In this document: piece by piece, positions 1-12,358 of the stretch
How the letters are laid out: every line of letters starts with the position of its first letter
Position numbering within the stretch: position 1 is the first letter of the stretch
Translations under genes and position numbers: made by a program
NCBI GenBank assembly: GCA_951406725.2
Contig: OX597816.1
Coordinates: 181,474,001 to 181,538,000 of the forward strand
DNA: 64,000 nt
Direction: 5' to 3'
From: Octopus vulgaris
Taxonomy: Eukaryota
The notes under the pieces: model-generated
Databases searched by the model: none
What the model was told of the DNA's origin: nothing
Seen by the model: the letters and a program-made list of their open reading frames with translations, nothing else

Positions 1-349
1 TGATTAGAAAGGAAGTATAGCTGTGTGTTTAAGATGTTCACTTCACATCTGCACGACTTTGGGCTCGATCTCTGTGCAAAACTCCTCGGTGGACAGAAAC
101 TATATGATAATCTGTCGAAACGATCATTGAAGAATTTAACGTGTCGCTTGATTAAATATCACTACTTGATCGTTGAATGCCTTTAGCAGAGTCTACTGTC
201 AAAAGCATTTGGACCAGGAATCTGGTTTGAGTACAACTTCCCACCAGTATCGCAGCTTTTGAAAAAGATTCATAGATGCTCCCCTTCTTCCCTTGCTTAC
301 GCAGTAAATAAACAATTGCAAATTGAATATGACTTACTTCTATCATAGA

Positions 350-800
350 TCACATAACTTTATTGTGTTAAACGTCATATTATTATTTGATTTCTGAACA
401 CATAAAGTCTAGGTCTTGCAGTAATATTTGAATAATATTTTTCATCTTTGTCTGAAGTGATTATTTTATGTCAAACTCTTTTGCGTACTACGGACTCTAG
501 TGGGTCGCCTCCAGGCACATATGAGAACTAAGTAATGAGCAAGAAATGTCCAAGAACAATACACAGTGCATTAACTACATGAGATTTCGGAAATTGCGTA
601 CACTCACCTATTGACTGCAAACATTTGTTACCTGTTTTCAAGATATGCAAAGTCAAACACCTAGTTGCTTGTAGATTCCAAAGTTTCTTATTCAATAAAA
701 TATAATGTAATGATCAGCTTTGTTGAAAGTCTTGGCAAAGTCTAAGTAGATCCGTCAACGCTGCACTTACCAAAGGAGATATCAAGATTATATCAGAGCT
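350..800 (-). pseudogene. Highly decayed CR1-group LINE reverse transcriptase relic
   Basis: The minus strand near 700-755 reads IYLDFAKTFNKADHYII (consensus IYLDFxKAFDxVxH). Near 360-430 it reads LLQDLD...NNMTFNTIK. Many stops and frameshifts. Confidence 0.7.
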
Positions 801-1321
801 GAAGGTGACGTCTAGTGTAAAAATCATGTTCAGTAATAATGTGATAGTTACAGTTCTTCAGACAATTAATAGATAAGTAATAGCCTGTTATATTCTTTAT
901 GGTATTAGTTATGTGGGTGATAGATCTGTTGATTTGTTTCCTCTCAATTTATTTTTAGAAAGCTGCATTACGGTATGCGATCGATTCTTTCATTTTAGTG
1001 GTTCCGCCTATGTCACTTATTTTCTTTCTTTACATTAACAAACCACTCGATTTCACTTCTAATCTCACAAAGTATTAAACTGATTATGATGTCCTTTATT
1101 CGTCCATATCGTTCTGCAAGCGTGTCAACCCAATGCGACCAAAGCATTCACACCGTACTAGTACTGACAACCTCCATAAACAGATACCTGGAAAACATTC
1201 TTCAATGGGGACATTGACTACTTAGTCAACTTCTGTCGTAACAAGAAGACACATTTGCTTTACCTATCAAAGAAACAATATTGTACTTAACTCTCTGAAT
1301 AGGAATACTATGCCACTTAGA

Positions 1322-1652
1322 GACCCCCTTCGGCAATGAATGACCATGGGATTGCAGCTAGAAAGTTCCCCTCAGAGGTACAGGGCTGGACAAGGTTGTT
1401 TGTGGAAGACCAGCAGTCGCCCATGCAAACAAGCCTTCCCGCCAAGGAAAAGGCAAAGGCCGATACTGCTTCGTACCAGTGTTGTGACTCCTTTTTACAG
1501 CTAAGTGAACTGAAATAATTTGAAATAAAGCCTTCTGCTCAAGAACGCAACGCATAGCCTGGTCCGGTAGTTAAACTCATTACCTCATGATTGTGAGCCC
1601 GGTTCGGAATCGAACTTATTATTGTGAGCCGACTCTTACCACTGAGCCATGC
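1322..1652 (-). mobile_element. tRNA-derived SINE, family D, decayed copy
   Basis: The reverse complement matches the element at 44088-44430 (CATGGCTCAGTGGT head; CCCATGGTCATTCAT...GAAGGGGGTCT tail). Confidence 0.8.
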
Positions 1653-2269
1653 AACCTACAAAGTTACTACGAAAAATAAGCATCACAGTCTCTCAAGGTT
1701 ATCTTACATATACAACATTGCCAAAACCTCTTCTTTAGAGCCAGAATAATACTTTATGATCAGGTCAGTTGCCTACCTTCTGCAAAGTACAAATGCAACC
1801 CTACTGGAGTTCTGCTTCCATGTATAGAACAATAATGTCTACAACAACACCCGACAAAACCCCCACTTAACAACATAAGGATTAAAAAAAACAATACTAG
1901 GCAACAACAGCATCCCAAATATGACCATCCAGCTGAAAGGCAAAACTTCATTCCCTGACATGCTTTGAACACTGCTTCATAGCCGTATTGCTTCTTCTCT
2001 TTGTCTCTTCTGTCGCTACTCTGGGTTTGCAAGCTGCATTCCCCACTTGTTGAAGTCCAGATGACACACACCACTTCACCTTTCATGATTTCTACTGTAA
2101 CTAACGCACCACCTTTCGCAACCCAGCACCCTACAGCCACATACACAACGCGCGCGCACACACAGTTTATACACATATGATCTTTTCTAAATTCAACTTC
2201 TATCAGTATATTTTGAGTTACAATCTAGTTTTAAAATATATATTACTCTTTTTCCTTCTCTTCCCCTTT

Positions 2270-2308
2270 CGTTCCTTCTTTCCTTCTTTCTTTCTTTCTT
2301 TCTTTCCT

Positions 2309-2359
<51 letters not shown>

Positions 2360-2360
2360 C
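2270..2360. repeat. (CTTT)n microsatellite
   Basis: Direct reading. Confidence 0.95.
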
Positions 2361-2389
2361 TTCCTTTCTCTCACTCACAATATTCGGTT

Positions 2390-2422
<33 letters not shown>

Positions 2423-2469
2423 GCATATATATAGATATATATATATATATATACAGATGCAGCACGGAC

Positions 2470-2519
2470 TTTGTCAGTGAACAGGTCGCGGATTTTAGCG
2501 ACGAAAATATTTTGACAAA
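2470..2519 (+). ncRNA. Minimal type I hammerhead ribozyme, G3-C8 core variant
   Basis: TTTGTCA | GTGAACA G | GTCGC ggatttta GCGAC | GAAA ATAT TT | TGACAAA. This gives a 7-bp stem I, a 5-bp stem II and a palindromic stem III. Confidence 0.75.
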
Positions 2520-2628
2520 TTAAACTTAAATGTTGGAGTGAATCGAACGGCTTTTGTGTGTTTCTTAAATGGCTTATAAACACCTTCCACGCTGAAATTG
2601 TTTTCGTTTCAGCACACGATCTCAGATC

Positions 2629-2669
<41 letters not shown>

Positions 2670-2702
2670 TTGCTATGGTGCTATTAAGTTAGACATCCTC
2701 CG

Positions 2703-2760
<58 letters not shown>

Positions 2761-3561
2761 TATAGAAGGAGTACTTGTTGAAAGAGAAATCTTCAGGTGC
2801 TTCCTGAAGATTTCTCTTAGACAGTTCTAGTCCTGTAGACCAATAATAAATTAATTTTACTTTATGTATTGGTCTGTGGTTAACCCCGAAACATATCTAA
2901 GTTTATATATATATATATATATATATATTCTTTTTTTTTCTCTCTCTTCCCATCTCCAAACTCACAGACACCCCCACACACACACACGCACACACACACA
3001 CACACGCACACACGCACACACACGCACACACACGCACACGCACACACACACACACACACACCTCCACAAAACAATCATAAAAAGAATTCTTCTCTAACCT
3101 CCAAGAAACATTTGACCAGCCCTAAACACTCTCTCACAATGATAAACAGAAATACAATTTATGGCCTGCCTCCCCGCCACCACACACTCAGTGACACTGT
3201 GAGATGGTCAAAACTGAAATTCTTTTTTCCCAAGACCTTAGAACCCCCCCCCTTGGGGTCAATATTCTGTCCAGCAGACCAAAAAAAAATTCTTTTCTTC
3301 TTCTTGCCTCTCCCTTTCCCTCTTTTTCTTTAGCACTTATCCCAAATACATAAACACACACACACACGCACACACACATACACACATGCTCTCTCTCTCA
3401 CTTTCTCCTCATCCATCACCCTCTTGTACTGTCTTATATTCCTCCCCACCACTACAAACTCAATACCACTATAAAATGGTCCAAACTCTTCAGCCAGGAA
3501 CTTAGTTTGATTTGAAAACCCCACTAGAATGGGAGAAAGCGCTAATACATGATCTAAGTTA

Positions 3562-4079
3562 TCTATATATATAAAACTCTAGTTGTGTGAGTGTCTGTCC
3601 CCTTCGATTTAGATTCCTAACTCCTCCCACATTTTGCGGTGCAGTTTAACCAAATTCGGGTATCTTATAGTCGTGATTAATATCGAGCCCGTCTGGCTAT
3701 TAGCGCGCGTCTACGATTAGTCTACGATTTTAAAAATAATTTAACATCATTTTTTATTCCATTTTAATGCATAATTTTTCGTGTGTCGATGGCGGCGGAG
3801 TTGGCGTCCACGCTCAAACACCTGCACCTGTGTTTGCTTCTCCCCCTTCTTCCCTCCCTCGTGAAGCTGTGGGGAAGGGAGTGTAAGGAAATCAACGTCG
3901 TAAAGCGTTGTCAAGGAGACCAGCGTTCTTTTAGAACAACGACTTCATGGCTTGAAGACACCAAAACAGAAATGGCTAAGAAAGCCCGAATTGGCATCTA
4001 TAAGGGAAGTAACTCTCCTAAAAATGCTTATATAGTTATTTCCTTTACAAACCCGAGCAACGCGGGGCGATACTGCTAG
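3562..4079 (+). mobile_element. Non-autonomous Helitron-type element
   Basis: 5' TC (TCTATATATATAAA) and 3' CTAG, preceded by the GC hairpin CCCGAGCAACGCGGGG (4052-4067). Inserted between A (3561) and T (4080), with no TSD. Confidence 0.8.
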
Positions 4080-4165
4080 TATGATATATAAAAAATGTAA
4101 TATACAAATAAATATCTGTAAATACAAACCATCCGATTTTCTGAGTACCTCATTTCTTCTAATAT

Positions 4166-4212
<47 letters not shown>

Positions 4213-4578
4213 ATAAGGAAAAGATCGTTAATTTAAAAATAAAATAACGATTTTATCAAGTGGTCAGCATAGAAAAAATAACCTTCAAAGGTAATAATTA
4301 TTAAAATTATAAATTAGGGTATCTGCGAGATACCCTAATTTATAATTATATATATATATATATACACACACATATTCAGAGATCCGGGAGTAGATTTGAT
4401 TGAAGAAAATAATGAGGTCGAAGCGCCGGTGTCTCATAGTCCCTCTACAGCACTAAATTGAATATATTGTAAACACAAGTCGCCTGAAGTGGTTTTTCGA
4501 AGGCGAAATACAACAGCGATTAACAAACTCACGTTAATACTCATATCGATGTTCATATATATATAAATAAATAAATAA

Positions 4579-4648
<70 letters not shown>

Positions 4649-4735
4649 ATAAAACGGTAAGATAACAAAAGAAAGAGACCTCAATATTATGTAAATAGAG
4701 GAAATTTATCTATACAATAGAGGAAATTTATGTAT

Positions 4736-4765
<30 letters not shown>

Positions 4766-4769
<4 letters not shown>

Positions 4770-5104
4770 CGGAGATGTACTCGCATAGCAAGTAATTTGA
4801 TCTGAGATCGTGTGCTGAAACGAAAACAATTGCAGCGTGGAAGGTGTTTATAAGCCATTTAAGAAACACACAAAAGCCGTTCGATTCACTTCAACATTTA
4901 AGTTTACTTTGTCAAAATATTTTCGTCGCTAAAATCCGCGACCTGTTCACTGACAAAAATCCGTGCTGCATCTCGGATGCAGCACGGAACAGGTCGCGGA
5001 TTTTAGCGACGAAAATATTTTGACAAATTAAACTTAAATGTTGAAGTGAATCGAACGGCTTTTGTGTGTTTCTTAAATGGCTTACAAACACCTTCCACGC
5101 TGCA

Positions 5105-5108
<4 letters not shown>
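4766..5108. repeat. Fold-back pair of the G3-C8 hammerhead element, flanked by (TA)n
   Basis: 4766-4972 is the reverse complement of the 2455-2635 family and 4976-5108 is a forward copy. The inversion centre is CCGTGCTGCATC-tcg-GATGCAGCACGG. Confidence 0.9.
4908..4957 (-). ncRNA. Minimal type I hammerhead ribozyme, G3-C8 variant (second intact copy)
   Basis: Reverse complement of 2470-2519. Confidence 0.75.
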
Positions 5109-5145
<37 letters not shown>

Positions 5146-5465
5146 AGTTTGAAAACGCCACTATATAAGATAAGAGTCCACGTGGTGGTGTTTTGTGTGT
5201 GTGGTGGAGTAGCATAATGACTGTCTTGTGCGTTGACTAGAATCGCAGCCGACGATTCTAGTGAAAGCACAAGACAGCCACTATCCTCCCCACACAAAAC
5301 ACCACCACGTGGACTCTGAGACTAGTAAGAAACAATTATGAACTTTTTTATTACATGTAACTTTTAAAAATATTTTTGATAAGGTTTGTTTTTTCAAGAA
5401 CCGAAACATATAGTGGCGTTTCTTTTTTATAAATGTATATCCACTCGTATGCCACCTACACTTTT

Positions 5466-5522
<57 letters not shown>

Positions 5523-6500
5523 TAACGATCTTATCCTTATTTATATATAAAAATAATATATATGTATATATGTATGTCTGCATGTCTGTCCATATATGTA
5601 TGTCTGCATGTCTGTCCATATATGTATGTATGTATGTATGTATGTGTATACAATATTTTCACGTGTGAGTGAATACATTCAACTTTTTGTAGCGCACGAT
5701 ATATTTTCATGTTTACAATTAAAGAGTGTCACATCATATTCCCGAACGGTTAACCGCATTTTGCCTCCCTCTCACTCTCTTTTTATAACCCTATTCCTCT
5801 CCCTCTCCCCTCTCTGTATTTCTCTAACAGCGTGCTTTCTCAGATTTATCATTTGTCTCCCCCCCCCCCTTCCTCTTTCTCTTCCTTTTTAATTGTCCGC
5901 GGTTGAGAAACGTTCGTATTTGTTCCAGCTTCGCCACAGTAAACGCATTTTTTAATTACTTCAGATGGGATTTGGTCTTTCTTTTGTAAAATAAAAATCA
6001 AGCTTTAACTTACCTTTATTTATTTATATTTATTTATTCCATGTCAGGAAGTTGTTGTAGTAACAAAAATAAATATAATGTTAATTCAAAGAAATTCCTA
6101 AGTTATCGCAGTCATGTTGAAAATTTTAGTTTCTTCTTCTCATCCTCTATTTATACTTATTTTTAACTCTTTCTATAGCCTTTAGATTAATTGCGGGTGA
6201 ACTCCCTAACATATTGGATCATGGATGCTATTCTAGAAAACTTCATTCTTATGTAGAGTGAATGTCGGGCGACTAAAGACTAGTGGAGTGTATCTCTACG
6301 AGTTACACATGATAGATTTTGAATACTGCCATGAAACAAGCGTCATTATTTTATACAGTGACTCCACTGCTCAAAAAGTAGGCTGTATAGCTTCACCATG
6401 TTGCTGTTGTTCAGATGAACATTACTGAATGAACAGATCTAGGATTCAAAGTCTTCCTGCCATGATCATCTCGTCTTTTATTCTCGAGTTAACATTATCG

Positions 6501-6556
<56 letters not shown>

Positions 6557-6954
6557 ACTTAAATTGTCTATCTACTTTACCCCACCCCAAACTGATACTA
6601 CCCTCTGTCTTCTCTCAGATTTGAAAAACTAGCCTATAAAATTAAAACTGAACCCCCACCTCATAATTAAATCTGAATAATAGAAATAATCGGTGAAAAA
6701 CTGTCTTTTTTTGAAAAAAATCTCAGTTCCAACTGTAATGTTGTTGGTAAAACATGTTCTTTGTCTATCTCCTTATCCTGTTGGAGATTTTGGATAAAAT
6801 TATACAAATGAGTCGTTCAAATTTAATTAAATTCTATGTTTTTTGTGCAGCTGAAGATTGCTCTACATTTTAAATTGATGTTCAGTTAAATGGAGTTACA
6901 TGAAACGATCGTACTGCATTACCTCTGGATATCCTTGTTGCTTATTTTGATTAT

Positions 6955-6996
<42 letters not shown>

Positions 6997-7139
6997 CTTT
7001 AGTCATGCATTCAACTTAAATATTTATTAAGCCAAGTGCTTATTCTATCGGTTTTTTTGTTGAACTGCAGAGTTATAGGGTCTGAAATACATCAGCATCA
7101 ATTGTCAAGCGGTGGTGGGGGACAAACACAGCCACGAAG

Positions 7140-7299
7140 ACATACATACATTCATACATTACATACATACATGCATACATACATACAAACATGCATACAT
7201 ACATACATACATACATGCATACATACATACATACATACATATATACATGCATACATGCATACATACATACATACATGCATACATACATACATACATACA

Positions 7300-7330
<31 letters not shown>

Positions 7331-7332
7331 CA

Positions 7333-7363
<31 letters not shown>

Positions 7364-7530
7364 CATACATACATACATACATACATACATACATACATAC
7401 ATACATACATACATACATACATACATACATACATACATACATACATACATACATACATACATACATACATACATACATACATACATACATACATACATTA
7501 CATACATACATACATACATATATACATACA

Positions 7531-7561
<31 letters not shown>

Positions 7562-7890
7562 CATACATACATACATACATACATACATACATACATACAT
7601 ACATACATACATACATACATACATACATACATACATACATACATACATACATACATACATACATACATACATACATACATACATACATACATACATACAT
7701 ACATACATACATACATACATACATACATACATACATACATACATACATACATACATACATACATACATACATACATACATGCATACATACATACATACAT
7801 ACAGACATACATACAAACATACATACATACATACATACATATATACATACATACATACATACATACATACATACATACATACATACATAA

Positions 7891-7921
<31 letters not shown>

Positions 7922-8125
7922 CATACATGCATGCATACATACATACATACATACATACATACATACATACAAACATACATACATACATGCAAATACATAC
8001 ATACATACATACATGCATACATACATACATACATACATATATACATGCATACATGCATACATACATACATACATACATACATACATACATACATACATAC
8101 ATACATACATACATACATACATACA

Positions 8126-8156
<31 letters not shown>

Positions 8157-8238
8157 CATACATACATACATACATACATACATGCATACATACATACATA
8201 CATGCATACATACATACATACATATATACATACATACA

Positions 8239-8273
<35 letters not shown>

Positions 8274-8320
8274 CATACATACATACATTACATACATACA
8301 TACATACATATATACATACA

Positions 8321-8351
<31 letters not shown>

Positions 8352-8361
8352 CATACATACA

Positions 8362-8393
<32 letters not shown>

Positions 8394-8403
8394 CATACAT
8401 ACA

Positions 8404-8434
<31 letters not shown>

Positions 8435-8860
8435 CATACATACATACATACATACATACATACATACATACATACATACATACATACATACATACATACA
8501 TACATACATACATACATACATACATACATACATACATACATACATACATACATACATACATACATACATACATACATACATACATACATACATACATACA
8601 TACATACATACATACAAACATACACACATACATACATACATACATACATACATACATACATACATACATACATACATACATACATACATACATACATACA
8701 TACAAACATACACACATACATACATACATACATACATACATACATACATACATACATACATACACACATACATACATACATACATACATACATACATACA
8801 TACATACATACATACATACATACATACAAACATACATACATACATACATACATACATACA

Positions 8861-8891
<31 letters not shown>

Positions 8892-8981
8892 CATACATAC
8901 ATACATACATACATACATACATACATACATACATACATACATACATACATACATACATACATACATACATACATACATACA

Positions 8982-9015
<34 letters not shown>

Positions 9016-9088
9016 CATACATACATACATGCATACATACATACATACATACATATATACATACATACATGCATACATACATACATAC
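7140..9088. repeat. About 1.95-kb (TACA)n tetranucleotide array
   Basis: Direct reading. It generates all the HTYI/MYVC ORFs in the track. Confidence 0.98.
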
Positions 9089-9769
9089 ACGAGCGTGTAG
9101 GCAAACGAAAGAAAGTGGCACTAAACACGTTTGGCGAGAGTTATATATATTGTTTAATAAACAATTCGATTCGGTTCCATGCAACTTCAAGCTTCTTCGT
9201 CTCGTATAACTAACTTAGCTCTTCATGCTTAGTCGAACTAAGCTTGAAAAGCTATGTTCGTATTCCGAGCACACAAAACTTTAAATTGCATGGAACCGAA
9301 TCAAGCACACAAACACACACACACACACACACACATGTATATGTGTGTGTGTGTACTCACACACACACATGTATATGTGTATGTGTGTACTCACACACAC
9401 ACATGTATATGTGTGTGTGTGTACTCACATACAAGAATTTTTGGCGTAATGAGATAAAAAACCAAGGCTGTATGTTCTAATATATATGTTTTTTTTTATC
9501 TCATTACGCAAAAAATTCTTATACACACGCTGACATAGAACCAACGTTGAACCCTTTATTCTCAAAATTACCGAATCTGGAACTTAACTATGGTCTGTCT
9601 ATAGCATTTATTCAGCATTACCTGACACCTTTGGGTCTCAATGACAATATTAACTCTTATAACCTCAATTTCTCGCAATATATATATACATCTAATGTAC
9701 GGTAAAATTTTTAGAAAAAAATTTTGTCGATGGCCAGCATATTAAAAAATACCTTTAAAGGTTAAATTT

Positions 9770-10231
9770 ATAAATAACTTATAAAATAAGGGCAAAAGAA
9801 AAAATTCCAATGCCAAATATGCCGAAAATAGTCAAATTGTCAATAACCATTATAATTTATCACTATTAACATGCGTCTCTAAACAAGTTTCTAGTCCGAA
9901 TCACACGTGTCTCGAGATGTGCTGAAGATTTTCTATTTTGGATATATTTGAGGTACTTAGGTCTGCCTATGACTTAGTGCTTACTTTCTCCATGAGTATG
10001 AGTAAGTATTTCATTTATGTCTTACGTATTTATCGCTGACGAGGAGAAAATTCTTATGAATTAACTCTGAAATTGGGACCAATACGGTAATAACGGAATT
10101 TTTTTAGAAATTTATGTCGGCTTGTTTAGAGACGCATGTTAATAGTGATAAATTATAATGGTTATTGACAATTTGTCTATTTTCGGTATATTTGGCATTA
10201 GAATTTTTTTCTGTTGCCCTTGTTTTATAAG

Positions 10232-10235
<4 letters not shown>
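9770..10235. repeat. Fold-back element with about 115-bp inverted arms, enclosing a hammerhead motif
   Basis: About 9774-9887 is the imperfect reverse complement of 10121-10235. Followed by (TA)n. Confidence 0.85.
10030..10090 (+). ncRNA. Type I hammerhead ribozyme with canonical core
   Basis: TTATCG | CTGACGA | GGAG..AATTC ttat GAATT..CTCT | GAAA TTGG ga CCAA TA | CGGTAA. Predicted cleavage after AUA (10084). Confidence 0.75.
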
Positions 10236-10265
<30 letters not shown>

Positions 10266-10489
10266 GTATGTATGTGTGCATCTATCTAACTTCTGAAACA
10301 GAAATCAATATATGAAACAAACCGAATCAGCATATTAGTAAATACACATGTGCGCACGCACACGCACACACACACACATACACACACAAACACACACACA
10401 CACAAACACTCATACATACACACACACACGCACACACACACGCACGCACACACACATACACACACACATACACACACATACACACACAT

Positions 10490-10536
<47 letters not shown>

Positions 10537-11776
10537 TTTCGGTTATTGAACTGCGGCTTGTCTCAGTCATGCTGGAAGTATTTTAGTCGAACTAATTGAC
10601 CCAGTATCTATTGATTTAATCCTGGTACTTAACTTATCGGTCTCTTTTGCTGAACTACTAAGTTTCTGGGACGTAAACGAGTCACCATATTTTGTCAAGT
10701 GGAGTGGTGGCAGATAAATACAAACACAAAGACTCACACACAGTTTCCGCTTATCAAATTCACTCACAAGCTATTCGTTGTGTATAATAGAGCATACTTA
10801 TCCAAGGTGTTGTGCAAGGGATCGAGCCCGAAACCAAGAGGTTTCAAAACGAGCTTTTTAACCACATAACTATACCTGCATCTGAAATTTTTGTAAATTT
10901 CATACAGAATCTACTTCGATACTTCACATTTCTGTGTTCCTATCCCCGGACAGGCGGCGGGGTGTTGGAATCCTTAGACCCCCGGGCCAAATGCTTAACT
11001 GTGTTTCTCCCGTCCGTTTGTTCTGAGTTCAAATTCCGCCTAGGCTGACTTTGCCTTTCATCCTTTCAGGGTCGTTAAAATATGTACAAGTTTAATACTG
11101 GGATTGATTACATCGACTTCACTACTTCTGGGTAAAAGCATACAAAAACTGCATCCCATTGTCAAGCCATGTTGAGCCAGTGTGGCAGAACAGGCTCATC
11201 AAAACAGTTATGACCCCAAGCTCAAATTCATGGCCATCGCATCAGACCGTGGTTGATGGAGAGGACATGCTGCGGCCCTTGCCCACTCCATTACTCAGAC
11301 AATATCCACCAAGTAGAAAAATGCTTCTTCTGAAACAGAAATCAATATGCAAAACAATTAGCAATTTGTACGATAACTAACCAAGCTAAAATTGTATTGA
11401 TGTAGGCATTTGAAATAGTATTAGATTAAAATACTGATGCGCATAGCATTTATAATGTAAATACTAACATGAAGGGCACTAGCTGTCTGGGTGTAATCGT
11501 CTCTGAGGAGGCGAAGTTAGGCTGGAACAACATCTCTGGCGAACTATCGATATTTTGAATGAGCCTTCTATTTTTAATTTACAAATCTTTGACAAGCTTC
11601 TCAATAACAAAATTTTACAATTACTGTTGTCCTACGTTTAAATATACTTTATAAATGTTATACGCATCGGCACACACACACACACACACACACAGACACA
11701 CACAGACACAGACACACACAAGCACACACAGACACACATATGTATATGTGTGTGTGTACTCATATATATATATATA

Positions 11777-12358
11777 TAATAGAAATATTAAAATTACTAA
11801 GTCTCTCTAAAAGAGAACAACGGCAGCGTTTCCGGAAAATAATAGTTATCGCCATACTAATATGGCATTCTTATAAAAATAAGAATAAAGCTGTCCGCTT
11901 ATTAGCTCCATGAGGCCATCGCCTTAAGTTAGCTATTTGATACACAAACTGTATCCATATAACCTTCGAATAAGAATGCCATATTAGTATGGCGATAACT
12001 ATTATTTTCCGGAAACGCTGCCGCTGTTCTCTTTTAGAGAGACTTAGTAATTTTAATATTTCTATTATTGAAAACAAGTGGATGTATTCCACCGAAGCTA
12101 GGTAAATAAAACCTTCGAACAGAGATTGTCAGAAGCGACACCTACTGGTCTGGCTACGCTACATTGAAAAGGGGCAATACCCCGAAACGCGTCTGTAGCT
12201 GCCGGTCAAGTAGTGTGGAGCGACTGACCTCCCTTGTTCGAAGGTTATATGGATACAGTTTGTGTATCAAATAGCTAACTTAAGGCGATGGCCTCATGGA
12301 GCTAATAAGCGGACAGCTTTATTCTTATTTTTATAAGAATGCCATATTAGTATGGCGA

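Noticed and set aside
1760-2176. 138-aa ORF or possible GIY-YIG trace
   Set aside because: Starts in a CA-repeat, and the motif match is too weak.
7036-9213. Very long ORFs (up to 672 aa) of HTYI/MYVC repeats
   Set aside because: Translation of a stop-free (TACA)n array on both strands; not genes.
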